From Rhynchopus sp. YZ270_cl-10 (Eukaryota), in contig OZ037833.1 of NCBI GenBank assembly GCA_964035575.1, positions 434,001 through 498,000 on the forward strand: DNA of 64,000 nt, written 5' to 3'. A program made the translations under genes and the position numbers. Shown here one piece after another: positions 25,901 through 38,191 of this stretch (its first letter is position 1; every line of letters starts with the position of its first letter). The notes under the pieces are model-generated. The model searched no databases and was not told the DNA's origin. It saw only the letters and a program-made list of their open reading frames with translations.

Positions 25901-28900
25901 GAGTGCCGTCCTTGGTGACGGTGGTTGCGCTGTGGGAAACCGCGCAGGTTATTAAAATGCTGGTGGAGGTGCGAACCCAGGAGGATGGAATGGAATCGAT
26001 CGAGGTAATAGGGAGCGGGGTGCTGTGGACATCGGGTACGGTCACCAAGGTGGCCTTCCAGATATGCGAATACCCGGTCTGTCCTGGAACAACAGAGGCA
26101 ATGTTTGCCTGCGTCTCTGGCGCCCAATATGCAGCAGCGCCAGCATCGGAGGGGCGACGAAGACAGAATACCTCTGCAGTGACGATACTCTTTTCGTCCA
26201 CAATCGGCATGCGTCCGGTCACACCATTGTTCATCGGAGTGTCATCCACCTGATAATACCCTGGATCCGATAAGTCTATGTAATAATTCTGCACACCATT
26301 GTACCACCCCTTTTGCAACGCAATGTCCATGGCCTTCAATGCTATTGCCTCCCCGGGGTCGATGGACATAATTTTTATGTTGACAATCTCAAGCGGGTTT
26401 TTCCTTTGCAATGAAGTGGTCACAGCGAGAAGGTCTGTTGCGCTGTTAATCCCATCCCTCGCCCCCTTCGGAACCACCGCGGAGTATACTATCTTAATAG
26501 GAGAGTACTGCACGGAGGATGGAATGTCTCCGAGAATGTATTTCTGTACGGCAGGAGCCAGCACCACGCTCTCATCCTCTTCGTATATTTCGTACATCTT
26601 GTCGATGGTGTTGTGCGTAAGATTGGAGAAGAAAGCGCAGTTCACCACCTGGCCTTGGTACCATAGCTGTCTCAGTTCTATTTTACTGTCATTCTGTTCG
26701 AATTGAGCCAACGCAGATACAACAGGGCAATCCCAGTAATAGTCTGTTTCTTCTACATAGGCATCTACAGCACGAAGCTCTGCCAAGGAGGTGATGTCAT
26801 CCGTCAACTGATCCGGCAGTCTCACACGACGGACCTTCATGACGTCAGAGTAGTCTGACAGACCTGGGACCGAATCGATGATGGACAGCCTTCCTACGGG
26901 GTGCCATAGCTCGTAGACGTACATAGTGTTTAGTAAGCCAGAATTTTCTGTTGTTTCGGTCAACGTATTCTTGACAATGTAGTGCGACACCTTCGAATTC
27001 AAAAAGAACGAATCGGTCTGTGTGTACGTCGCAGGCTTATCAAGAGGGAGCGGCAGACCTACGGAGGGTGGGCTGTTTGGGATGGACGCATTCCCGGTGG
27101 TCAGTTTCCAGTAGATGTCGGTGGAGCCGCGCATCGCAATGCCGTTAGAATGGATGTGCGTAATGTCGATTGTGCCTGCACCGCATTCACCTGTCGTCCT
27201 GCTGTCGCCTGCTGCGTAGAGTACCCTAGCTGCAGTGAAAGGGTCCTCCGGAATGTAGCCTTCGGGGTCATGTGCTGACCCAGTATATCCCCTAGTAAAT
27301 GAAAGAACAATTTTTCTCCCAGTAACCTCGATTTTTTGATCAGCAAGCGTCATGGTTGCGCGGGAGGTATCCGGAGGGCCTGAAATTTGGTCGGAATAAG
27401 CGGATCTGATACACGAAGCGCCATGCCGATCCGACATTCCGACCACCAAATCAGCGTTGGTCATTTGCGTTGACCCGACGTCTGAAAAGCCAATTCCGAC
27501 ATAACCCGGTTCGTACCTCGCGTCGAACAAAGCCTCCATCTGCACCTGCACCACACCAACCTCATTGGAAACAGTCCACCGCAAGAATATTTCCGCCATA
27601 GGAAAGACATTTGTTGACCCCTCTGCCGGGTACACCTTCATCTCTCTTGTGTATCCATGGGATGCTTCCACGGGAGCTGGGGTTTCTTCTTCAGCTAAGG
27701 CAAGAATGTTAAGAATAAACCGGTTCACGTATGTAACGCTGCTTAAGGTAGGGTCGAAGGAAGCTGAATCCGAGACGTTCGCTGGTAGCAGCGAGGTGGA
27801 GTTGATAACAGTAGTGTTTCCGTCGGGGAGTTGCCAGGTCTGCATCAGGAAGATCCCGGTGTTGGTCTGCATGGTGCTGTTCAGCTCTGCGGAGGATATG
27901 TTTACTAAGGCCGCAACCGGGGCGGTGCCTTCACTGTGAAGCTGCTCCCACATCAAATTGATTGACGAAACGGAATAGGTGTTTGGCACTTCTTCCGCAG
28001 TTTCCCAGGATTGCATGGGGGATTCGACGAATGCACCCATTTTTACCCCAAAATCGATGCAATAAGTTGGGGTCGTGCTGTCGCGGAACCACATAATCAT
28101 TTTGCTCACCTTCACCCCATATGAGTTTCGAACAGACGATCCAGAGCTGAGTGTCGGGCAATTCAGCCAAATCTGTGTCCTCCCTCTCCGCCAATCCTGA
28201 GGAATTGCGTGCGCCCAGCTTACGATACCTGCCGTATAATTTGATGGAACCACCGCATAAAATACCTGCTTTATATCAGAATAACCTTGAATTCCTGGCA
28301 ACGCTGTGGTTAATGGATACTGCCCGGGAATGCGATTATTTGAGACACGCGACGTAGTTGATTGAAGAAACGCACGCACCGCGTCATGACGTTGATCCCC
28401 TAATAACGCAGCCTCATCCTCCTCATCGATCAGAAGGTATACCGGCAGCGCCTTTGGCACTCCATCAGAACCAAATACACCGCCATTTGTCTCGATTTCG
28501 ACGTACGCGAAGTTCTTCGTGTCTTCCGTATAGCCTATCGTCTCTGCAATCAAAACTTCTCGCCCCAAGAAGAGTGGGGTAGGGGCGAGAGAAGATGTGT
28601 GAAAGTCGTTTGTCGTCAGAGGGCGAGAAAAGTTGATGACAGTGGACAACGACGTCACCTCAGTCCCAAGAAGTGTCAAATCCTGCTGGAAGTCCATGAC
28701 CGGTCTAGCCAACCCCGCGCTCTTCCTATCCTCAACCCGAACACTCCCTCCCCGATCAATCCAAACAGTCGCAATATCCGCAAACGAAAACCCTTCCCCA
28801 ACCCCAATCCCTACCCAAACATTTTCTGCACTGATGTTCCCAGAGTATTTTATGCTGAACCGAATTTCGCGAGAATTTTGCATTTCCCATGACACCGAAA

Positions 28901-30461
28901 GACGGGTATTGATCAGCTTCTCTCCATGCATATCTGCGAAGGGAATCACCGGGGCTGCAGTCACCGCAGTCAAAAACGGAGAAGGGGTAAGAATAGGGGG
29001 TTCTACTAGAGGTGCGTCGCTTTGCGCTGGGGTGTCGGAATCGGTCCAGAGGGACTGCACAGAACGCCACTGAGTTTGGTATAGACTGTTGAAGAGCGAG
29101 ACCCAGCTTTCATTGCATCGAGGAACCAAAGGGCCTCGTTGGACTGACCAGGTGAGAACCCCGTACTGTCCTAATGTAATGTCAGAGTCGGGGCGGTGCT
29201 TTCCTGTAGAGTCAAAGGCGGAGGCATCGAAATCGCGTTCAAACATAACGTACATCTCTCCACTGCGCAGAACGTTCATCTGCACATTGCGAACCCCCAT
29301 CAAATTGTCTGATGATAGTACCGGATCGGGAATGCCAGAAGAATACGAAGAGTCTGCAGGAACATAGCCAAATTGGGTGCACACTTCATCCCCTTCTTGA
29401 GGAACATAGAATAGCGCGGTTTCGGAGCCGACAGATTGAAGCTCTGCCACACTACGCGCTGCAGAGAACCCAAGACCCAACCACCCGGCACCAAATCTGG
29501 TAGAAAACAAAAACGTTACCGTCGAAGTGTCTGCGTCTGCAGTGTATTGCAGAGTCGTTAAATTCGAAAGAGCTACGGTATGTTGAAACGTTGTCTCCCA
29601 AAACGGTGCGCCCACCGAAGAAACATGCCAGGTTACGACCGGAGCAATGTCAGGATCATCACCAAATTGCGTAGGAATCTGCGACAATCCCGCAAATGAG
29701 GTGACCGAATTCAATATGTAGGTCGCCGCGACGTTCACGTTGCGCTTCACAAAATAGGGGATGAAACTGTGCACACCTGGCGGAACTTCGAGAAGTGCAT
29801 TCCCCTCCACCCTTTGCGGCGTAGGAAGCCTTTGCAGCACCCACGCTATGAGACTCCCATTGCTCGTTTTCACGCCATGATCACGACCTGGGTAATGCAA
29901 CACATCGTTATGAAGCACCATACAATAATGTGCCGCTCCTTCTACTATATAACGCCTTAAAACTGCGGTTTCGAATTGAAGGGTAGCGGTGGTTGCGACA
30001 GAGGGGCAATGCAGAAAGGTGCCTTGGGGAATGAGGTTCCATCCGTTTTGTTGTACTGCGGAGGTGACGTCGGAGGCAGATTGGAGGGAAAGCTGTTGAA
30101 ATATTCCGGCATCGGTTGCGGGGATGGCCACCACAATGATACGCCAGATTCCTGTGTATTTGATTGCGGTGGAGGAGCGGGTTTCAGTGTCCCCTAAGAT
30201 CGCGGTGTCGGCTATGTACGGCGAATCTGCAATGGGGGATAATATGCCTGCATCGTTGACAAAAGAGAAGTGGTACATCGTTGCCGGTGGGTCCGAGGAG
30301 GTCACTAACTCTGCCCCAGAGAATTCATAGTATTCGAGCCGTCTGCCGGACACCCATCCCTGTTGTTGTGTGATGCGCCCGGTGGGGACGGCAGCCTCAG
30401 CACGCCAGGCCTCCTGCACAGCCAGGAGCAACATAAGGCATCGTAGATACCGAAGAAGCAT
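19989..30461 (-). CDS. Giant (~3,342 aa) signal-peptide protein: 4 DOMON domains, repeated YSD modules, ferric-reductase transmembrane region and FAD/NADPH domains; exons 30461-22155, 22107-22003, 21943-21749, 21556-21419, 21272-19989
   Basis: Four phase-0 GTATG...CAG introns join the ORFs in frame. DOMON motifs GWLGLGFS, WVGIGV, YVGIGFS..MTNAD, GMRNTD. Heme His pair in RRWH...LVH. GPYG, LIAGGLG, CGP and HNETW motifs. Confidence 0.85.
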
Positions 30462-31168
30462 TCAGGAAAAAAACAAAAAAACAAAAAACAAAGAGAGAGA
30501 CAGACAGAGAGAGCCCCCCCCAATGCAGGGACCTCCCAAAGGGGGAGGGGGAGGGGGGGTGTGTTCTGGAGGGGGGGGTGGTGAAGAAAATTTGGCTTGA
30601 AAATACAAAGAAAAAAGCCGCCGTGAACAGTGGGGTTGCTTATAGATGATGGGATCATCTTCGTCAAATGCTCGCTTTGCAGAGTGTAGCGAACTCCAAC
30701 CTCTGACGGATACGTTGCGCACTTTCAGGGAGACACACAAGGCGTCGTAGCGAAAGGAGCAGCCGGCGCTAAGAGATACATTGATAAAATGAAGCTTTTT
30801 TTTGGTGGGACAGATTTTGCATTTTTTTGATCGCACAACACACAGCGGCTTTTTTTTTGTAGGGATAGAAGAGAGCAGCAAAGCCCTGGAGAGAAAGAGC
30901 CGTATGTAGCGTGTGTGTGTGAGGAGGCAGAAAAAGACAAAAAAAACACAACAAAAATACAAGGCAAAATATCCCTTGAACCACCCCCCATCGTAAGTAA
31001 GAAAAAGGTAAAGCTGAACCAAAGCTCTCTTCTCAATGCTTTGGTCACCTAAAAAGGAAACTCCAAAACAAACCTCAATAATGTACACAACACACTCCCC
31101 CTTTTTTTTCACAAAAAATATATCAACTACAGCCCCTCCGCTAGATAGGATTCTGTAATCACCCATGA

Positions 31169-31243
31169 GGATCGATGATTGCAATTATTCTCCTTGAATG
31201 AGGAATGCCTAGTAGGCGCAAGTCATCAGCTTGCACTGATTAC
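31169..31243 (+). pseudogene. Isolated 18S rRNA fragment
   Basis: GGATCGATGATTGCAATTATT..TTGAATGAGGAATGCCTAGTAGGCGCAAGTCATCAGCTTGCACTGATTAC matches the conserved eukaryotic SSU segment preceding GTCCCTGCCC. Confidence 0.85.
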
Positions 31244-31301
31244 AAAAGCCCTCTTTTTTTTAAAACCCATTTTTTTGAACTATTCTTGACAAAGAAATAT
31301 C

Positions 31302-32261
31302 TCAGATGTCAAAGACAATGGGTTCTCTCCCCAAGGCCTGTCCGTGGTTGTACATGGCTGCGTTGATATATTTTGTCCCAAATTTATCTGTTGACTCCCC
31401 ATATGCATCGTGCACATGCCCGGACACGACTGCAAATGGATGCAACTGCAGGGCCGCCTTGGTGAGGCGTGGACAGCCGCTTTTATCATCATTCTGCCCC
31501 TCCGGCGGACCGTGCACGACAAGCACATCACAGTCATCCGGTATATGCTCATACGGGTTATACAGCGAAGGACTCATTGGCCAATAAAACGCAGACCCAT
31601 ACAGCTTCAACGACGCACGCACCTCTCCGACCACAACCTGGATTGTTGCTACACCGTTTTTCAAGAATGTTGCGTTGCTTAAGAGAGAAACCTGCTTCTT
31701 TGCGATGGGACCTTGCGCTTCATGGTTCCCTTCTACTACAATGATAGATTTAAAGCGAGTCTGCTCGCCTAGCCAAACATTAAAATCCTTTGCATCCTCT
31801 AGACTGCCATATCTCGTATAATCCCCAGCATGAATGAGCACATCACCTTCAGGAATGTTCACCTCACGATGTCTACCGTGGGTGTCGGAAATGCAGACCA
31901 CACGAAGCCCTTTCTTTTCCTTCTGCTTTTTCGACAAACTGAGCAACCTACACAACTGCTGGCAGCCCACCGCAGCAATCAGTGAGATCACCCCGGTTGC
32001 TGCAGATAGTCCCGAGATCTGCACCATGATCTCTTCTTTCGAGGGCCCCGATGAAGACGATGACGACGAGCAAAGCGAACCCTCCTCCTCCTCCTCCTCA
32101 CCCCCTCCCGCAGGCAAGGTAGATGGTGGGGGTGGAGGCGAAGGGGTGGTGTCGGAGGCCTCTTGCGGGGGTGTGCTCGGGGCTGGTGTTGTGGGTGGGG
32201 GTACGTCCCGGGTGGTGTCGGTGCCCGAGATGGTATTACTATGGGAACAGGACCCTCCCAT
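31302..32261 (-). CDS. Calcineurin-like metallophosphoesterase (MPPED/239FB-like)
   Basis: ISDTH, HAGD, GNHE, HGPP and GHVH motifs. Likely start MGGSCS lies right after a pyrimidine-rich CCACAG. Confidence 0.9.
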   Translation of the reverse strand: MGGSCSHSNTISGTDTTRDVPPPTTPAPSTPPQEASDTTPSPPPPPSTLPAGGGEEEEEEGSLCSSSSSSSGPSKEEIMVQISGLSAATGVISLIAAVGCQQLCRLLSLSKKQKEKKGLRVVCISDTHGRHREVNIPEGDVLIHAGDYTRYGSLEDAKDFNVWLGEQTRFKSIIVVEGNHEAQGPIAKKQVSLLSNATFLKNGVATIQVVVGEVRASLKLYGSAFYWPMSPSLYNPYEHIPDDCDVLVVHGPPEGQNDDKSGCPRLTKAALQLHPFAVVSGHVHDAYGESTDKFGTKYINAAMYNHGQALGREPIVFDI

Positions 32262-33620
32262 CTGTGGAGGAAATGATGATAAATGGGGGGATATTTGAGT
32301 AATACCAGATAAATGGTTCCAAACCACTGTAATGTCATGACATGGCACGATGCGATGTTTAAGAGTAACGAAGTTCTTAAGGGGTTAGCATGACATATTG
32401 TCATTTTTATTAATTTATCGTGCATCCCCCAGATTCGGCAGGGGGTCAATTCCCCTAGAAACAACCCTGCATGGTGTCCATTCACCCGGCTGCATGAGCT
32501 GCCGCATATCAGGCTGATGTCTTTTTCGAGTGCAGCCATTGTCATGTACATTCCATATAGGATATCAGTGTAGAGATTCACGGTACAGAGTGTGCAGAGT
32601 GCAACACCTACCACACTTTGGTTTCATCTATTACTAGATCAGCAGTGTAGAGATGCAGTGCTATAATAGGAAGGGGAGGAAGAAGGGGTGGGGGGGACTA
32701 AAGGGAGGGGAGGGAATCTTGGGAAAAAAAATCGATGGGGGGAAGAGTTTAGAATGAGCTTCTTTCTTGATATGAAGGTGAAGGAAGTTTTTTTTTTTTT
32801 TTTGACTCGATTTTCATTTTTTTTTTGCATTTCAAATTGTTGTGTGTTTGTAGCTAGAAGAAAAAATGAATTGCGTTTTGTTTGAAAAGCGGGCACAAAA
32901 GCGGGTTTTTGGGAGAGAGTGGAAAAGCTAAAAAAAAAAACGACACATTGATGACTTCTCAAACCCCCTTTTTGTTTGTTCGATGCAAGGTTGTTGATGT
33001 GCCTCATATGCACCATTAAACTCGCTGTAAGAAAGAAAACTTAAGAAAAAGCGAGTGCTTTCTGCAAAAAGGAATGCATCACCTCAACAATATTTTTTGT
33101 TTTTTGACTTGAAGGACAGAGACATCACGCACCAAGCAAAAATAAAATAAAAATAAAACTTGAAATACAAAAGCCCTCTCGTGGCAGTGCACTGTAAAAC
33201 AAAAATGCAAAAGAAAGAAAAAATTACATATTGTCATACCCCCCGTACGTAACACATATCATCCAAGACAACACATTTTTTTTTTGGGAAACTTGGTTTT
33301 AGTATGGACACCCGAGGATGAGCTCCACAATCCAAGACATTCTTTTTTTTTGTGGTCAAAACTGGTTTTTGTTTTGTTTTGTTTTGTTGTTATTAATACA
33401 CCACCATCGCCATATCCTCTCCTTCGAAAAAAAAAAAAGGAGAAAAAAAAGGGGGGCACTTGAATTCCAAAGCCCATGACAGTGTACCCCAAATATTAGT
33501 CCCAGCCGCTGTGTGATTGGCTAAAACCATTTTAACCCCTTTTTTGCAAAAAAAAAAACCCCCTCCCAAAATACGTACAAAACTCATTGTTGATTCTTAT
33601 AAAAAAACGGAAAAAAAAAT

Positions 33621-36500
33621 TTATCCTGCACGAGTGGAGTACTTCATTTTCTCCGCCTTTTTGACGGCCTGGTCCTCTACGGGAAGCCCCTTTCTTCTGC
33701 GCACTTTGTTGATCAGCGTTTTGGGGATGTTTGTGATGAGCGCGACGTCGTTTTCATCGAGGTCTTCCAACTCTTCTTCGGTCTTTGGGACGAAGAAGGG
33801 GTCGTGGTCGATCCTTCCCCAATGACTGAAACAAAGCGTCGGATGAGCGTTTCCCGACGTCTTAATACGAAGATCATCTGCAAGACCAAACGACTCTGTT
33901 ACTGGGAGGTACGAAATCACCCTGAACGCCATGGTGCCTTCAATAGGAATGTTGTCGACAATTTCAGCACGCCGTTTCTTCAGAACATCGTACACCTTGC
34001 CGTGACAGCCGGTAGCTGCGACGATATCGCATTCATACATTGGTTCCACCAGACGTCTGCCCTCTGCCATGAAGGCCTGACGGCATCCCTGGTACACTGC
34101 GGACATTGCCTGCCCAGAGAGCGGTCCGTAACACCCATCCGATTCGTCGTCTTCGGTGATGGTAACCGCTTCGACAATAAACGCCACTCCAGTCATAGGT
34201 TCGTCGCAAAGAGGCCCTTTCTCCACCGCAAGCTGAAACCCTGCAATGACAGAATCGTTGATTTGCCTCATGGTTGCTGTCTTTGTATCCGCGCTTTCAA
34301 TTGGTGCAGGAGAATCTTCAAGTAATGCGGCCAAAGCAGTCCACACCGACGTCACCTTAAAATCTGCAACAGAGCACGCAAGAAGACAGCTCCCACACTG
34401 TTTTGGACCAAGAGACCAGATTCCGTAGTCTTTCCAGATTTGTGCGAACATTTCGTCTTCTGCGAAGACATCACGAAGGTTTCTTGCAGCTTCCATCAGC
34501 TCCTCACGCTCTGTTACAGAAGCAACGTTGTCGGCTGAGTATTGACACAGCGCCTTTAACGCTGTAGAATGGGTTTCCAACGCTGTTGCAATCTCTGTTG
34601 GAATGTCGTACGCTTTGACGGAAAAGCTGCATTGTTTGTTTGCGGTCTGTACTGTCGAAGGTTTGCTCTGTTCTGCTACAATCGTTTCTTTGAATGATAC
34701 GAGAGGCTCCGAGACTCGCATTTCAATCTGCGCATATCTGTCGTTCAAATCCCTGATACAACGGTCAGCGTGCACCTCACCTGCAGTCGAGATGACGTAT
34801 TCACCTTGCTCAGTGAGGATCACCTCCACCTGCGGGTCGGCTTTGTCGAGAAGCGCGAGACCGTTTTTGAGTTTGTCCAGATCTGCTGCGTTTGAAGGTT
34901 CAATCGACATCCGAATCACCGCAGCGGAAGGAAACACCATCTGAGAAAAACCACATGCTGCAGGAGACGATGCAAGCGTCGCGGACTTTAGTACATTACC
35001 CCCAAGCCCTCCGACGCCAAAAATGGTCCCAGCGACCACAGAATCAACCGGAGCCAGACCTTTTCCCATGAGGAGGAAGAGCTGCGAAACGGTGATTTCC
35101 TTAGCAGTAGAAGTGCCCCCTGCTTGATGCTTAGGGTCGAGCACCCAAAGCTTGTCGCCTCTTTTGATGGTGCCGCTGAAGATGCGGGCAACACCGACGA
35201 AAGCGGTTTTGTTTTCGATAACGTTTTCTGCATCGACTTCGACTTCGGAGGATTGCAGTGCAACGCCAGGAAGCTGGTCGGTGTCAAACATCTTCGCGAT
35301 GTACACCATCACCTCCCCTTCCGGGTCGCAGGAGAGCAGGGATTTTTCGTACTGTTCGCGCACCGATTTGGGTTGAATCGTTGGGAGGTCGGGGAGGAGA
35401 CGGGGTACTCGGTAACTCTGTGATTCCACCGGGGAAGGAAGCTGTGTTACGCACGCATCCATGACACATCGAGACAGAGGCAACCAAGCATTCATTAACG
35501 CAGCAACCCCGTCAGGACCGTCCTTTTTGCGTAGAATGTTCTCCTTGACCTGGAGCCCCAAAGCGACTGTCATTTTCATGAGTGCATCACCCCGCTCGGT
35601 GTTGTCTGCAATCGAAATCGTTGCGTACATTTTCCAAATCTGTTCAAGAATGAATTTTACACACATCGGCTGGGAGTCTGCCCTCGGGGGTTTCGCGGAG
35701 ATCTTTTTGCGTTTCGTGTCAAGGTACCATTCTCCCCACAGCGCTGTCGCCAACGATTTTTCCGACCAATTCAGTTTCGACGCATAAATCGACGCAAAGT
35801 TCTGCGGGGTGAACCCCCACCCATCAATCGAAGAGGCAAACACGACGTTCCCCTTTGCAGGCTCAAACCACTGCTCTGTGCCTTCCTCTTCCTCTTCGAG
35901 AAGATCGTTTTCGACACGGTGCGCACTAAGCTGCGACCCAGTGATCCTATCCGCTTCGACAAACTCAGCCATAATAACGTTCGCGTCTTGAATGATTTGC
36001 GACAACGCAAGATACGCTTCCGCAGGCTCCATCTTTTTCGTAGTAATCAACAAATCGATTTTGTTGATAACCAAACACGTCTTCACCTTCTCTTTGTAAG
36101 CCTGCTGCAGCACAGCGCGGGTCTGCGTTGCTACCCCATCTACCGCATCGACCAGAAGAAATCCTCCATCAGACAGCCGCACCGCAGTCGACACTTCACA
36201 CGAAAAATCCACGTGTCCCGGAGAATCAATGAGGTTCAGTGCGTACTCCTTCTGTTCGTGGACGTGAGCCAAAGCGATGGTGCTTGCTTTCATGGTGATC
36301 AGACGTTCCTGCTCGTCTTCTCGGCAGTCCATGAAGCGGACCTTCCCTGCTAGGGCATTGCTGATGAGGCCGTTGGAGGCGACGAGGACATCGGAAAGGG
36401 TTGTCTTGCCGTGGTCGACGTGAGCAAGCATGCAGAAGTTGCGCACCCGGTTGGGGTCCTTCTGGATGCGATGCAGCTTGAGGTTGCGTGCATCAGTCAT
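33621..36500 (-). CDS. EFL1: Elongation factor-like GTPase 1 (Efl1/Ria1)
   Basis: AHVDHGKTTLSD, ITMKAS, DSPGHVDFS, INKID, AGEVH and C-terminal RRRKGL. EF-2-like but without the diphthamide region. Confidence 0.92.
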   Translation of the reverse strand: MTDARNLKLHRIQKDPNRVRNFCMLAHVDHGKTTLSDVLVASNGLISNALAGKVRFMDCREDEQERLITMKASTIALAHVHEQKEYALNLIDSPGHVDFSCEVSTAVRLSDGGFLLVDAVDGVATQTRAVLQQAYKEKVKTCLVINKIDLLITTKKMEPAEAYLALSQIIQDANVIMAEFVEADRITGSQLSAHRVENDLLEEEEEGTEQWFEPAKGNVVFASSIDGWGFTPQNFASIYASKLNWSEKSLATALWGEWYLDTKRKKISAKPPRADSQPMCVKFILEQIWKMYATISIADNTERGDALMKMTVALGLQVKENILRKKDGPDGVAALMNAWLPLSRCVMDACVTQLPSPVESQSYRVPRLLPDLPTIQPKSVREQYEKSLLSCDPEGEVMVYIAKMFDTDQLPGVALQSSEVEVDAENVIENKTAFVGVARIFSGTIKRGDKLWVLDPKHQAGGTSTAKEITVSQLFLLMGKGLAPVDSVVAGTIFGVGGLGGNVLKSATLASSPAACGFSQMVFPSAAVIRMSIEPSNAADLDKLKNGLALLDKADPQVEVILTEQGEYVISTAGEVHADRCIRDLNDRYAQIEMRVSEPLVSFKETIVAEQSKPSTVQTANKQCSFSVKAYDIPTEIATALETHSTALKALCQYSADNVASVTEREELMEAARNLRDVFAEDEMFAQIWKDYGIWSLGPKQCGSCLLACSVADFKVTSVWTALAALLEDSPAPIESADTKTATMRQINDSVIAGFQLAVEKGPLCDEPMTGVAFIVEAVTITEDDESDGCYGPLSGQAMSAVYQGCRQAFMAEGRRLVEPMYECDIVAATGCHGKVYDVLKKRRAEIVDNIPIEGTMAFRVISYLPVTESFGLADDLRIKTSGNAHPTLCFSHWGRIDHDPFFVPKTEEELEDLDENDVALITNIPKTLINKVRRRKGLPVEDQAVKKAEKMKYSTRAG

Positions 36501-38191
36501 TTTTGTAAAGGGGTGGGGGAGGAGGGGGTGATTCTGTTCTGTAGTGGCGGTTGTGGAGTTGGTGAGGTGGGGGGGTAAAACATAAAACAAAAACGGAGGC
36601 AGTCTTGGGTAGTATTTTCTTGTTTGTTGAAAACTTGGTATTAGTGTAGACACCCGAGGATGAACTCCACTGTGCTTGTTTGTTTTTTTTGTGTGCATTA
36701 TTTGCAAACCACAGAGAGGGAACAGGGTGGTGATGGTGTGACCAGGGTCACGTCAACATGACCTTCCTCCACTTTGTCTTGTTATTTTTCCTTTTTTGCT
36801 TTTTTTTTTTGTGTGTTTTTGTGTTGGTTTGCTTTGTTTTTTTGCATCGACGATCATCCGATGGGTTTTGTATGGGGTTATGTACACCCAAATCTACCCT
36901 GACAAGCGTTGAGATACTTACAGACAGAATTTTTGATTTTTTTTTTTATACCCAGTTGCCCGGAAAGTTAGGAAAGAGAGTTTTTTTTTATTATACCCAC
37001 AAGCGTAGCTTAGAGGAGAAATAGTTCCTTCCGATACGGTCGCCAATCTCCCCTCAAACAGGGTAATTGAGCCATCAAACGAAAGGCGCCTTTTTTCTTA
37101 CTTACAAGTATACCTATCAGAGTTACTATTTTTTGGGTTGCTTTTTTGTATTTTTTTATAACTGCGACAGAAAATGTGTGTCGCTGTTTTGTTTTGAAAA
37201 ACTTGGTTGTTTTTATATCAGTGGACACACATCGCACTCCACTAATTTATTTTGTAAAATTTTGTAAAATCAAACAACCACCCGAAAAAATAAGTTCTGA
37301 AGGGAGACAAATGACAAAGGCACACTTCATGAGAGAGTGGAACATGTGAGACTTTATTTATTTTTTTGGAAACAATGTTTTTGAGACCATTTCTTTTGGG
37401 TCTGGTTGGTTTAGCTGCCATTCAAGACTTTCTTTACTATTTGTAAAAGGTTTCGATGACTGCCTTCATAGAGGCCCCCAAAAAATAAAATAAAAAAGGA
37501 ATTCTTGACGCAATGGCACCTCTGACGTACCCACTGTACGATGCCAGCCATCCGGGATGAAAGAAGAAGAGAAAAAAAGAGAAGTTGACAATGCAAACGT
37601 CTCTGGGACGCAGGCACGAAAAAATAAAAAGATCGAGTCTTTGTCTGCGCTAAAAGCCGGGCGAAAATAGACAATTGCAACAGGCACGGTCATTTCCCAA
37701 AAAAAAAAGCGTTACGCATAAACGAGAACACTGTACATCGAACGAACCCCATGTTAGGTGTGCCAAAAAAAAAAAAAAAATCTTTTTCGCAAGACAAATT
37801 TGTGAACAAAAGACACAAAAGAGAAAAGAGAAAAGTTGGGGTACAATTTTATGCAACCCCAAAAATTGCAATAAAAAAATCATCCTTTTTTATCAACGCC
37901 AATATGGGCCATATATTTGTTGCTAACAAATAGCTCAAATTCTTTCATTTGTTTGGTCATATAAACAGACCACTTCACAGCTTCAGGCATATTCTTATTT
38001 GTTGCTGATGTGCACACAGACTAAACACTTTACATAAAATAACTTGGACTCCTCCTCCTCCTCTAGGCCTATTTTTTGTATTTTTTCTTGCACACACATT
38101 GGGGACCATATTCTCCATGAGAACCACCCCCCTTATCAACACACAAAACACCATCCCGCCTCTCTCCTCCTCCTCCTCCTCCTCCTTTTCA

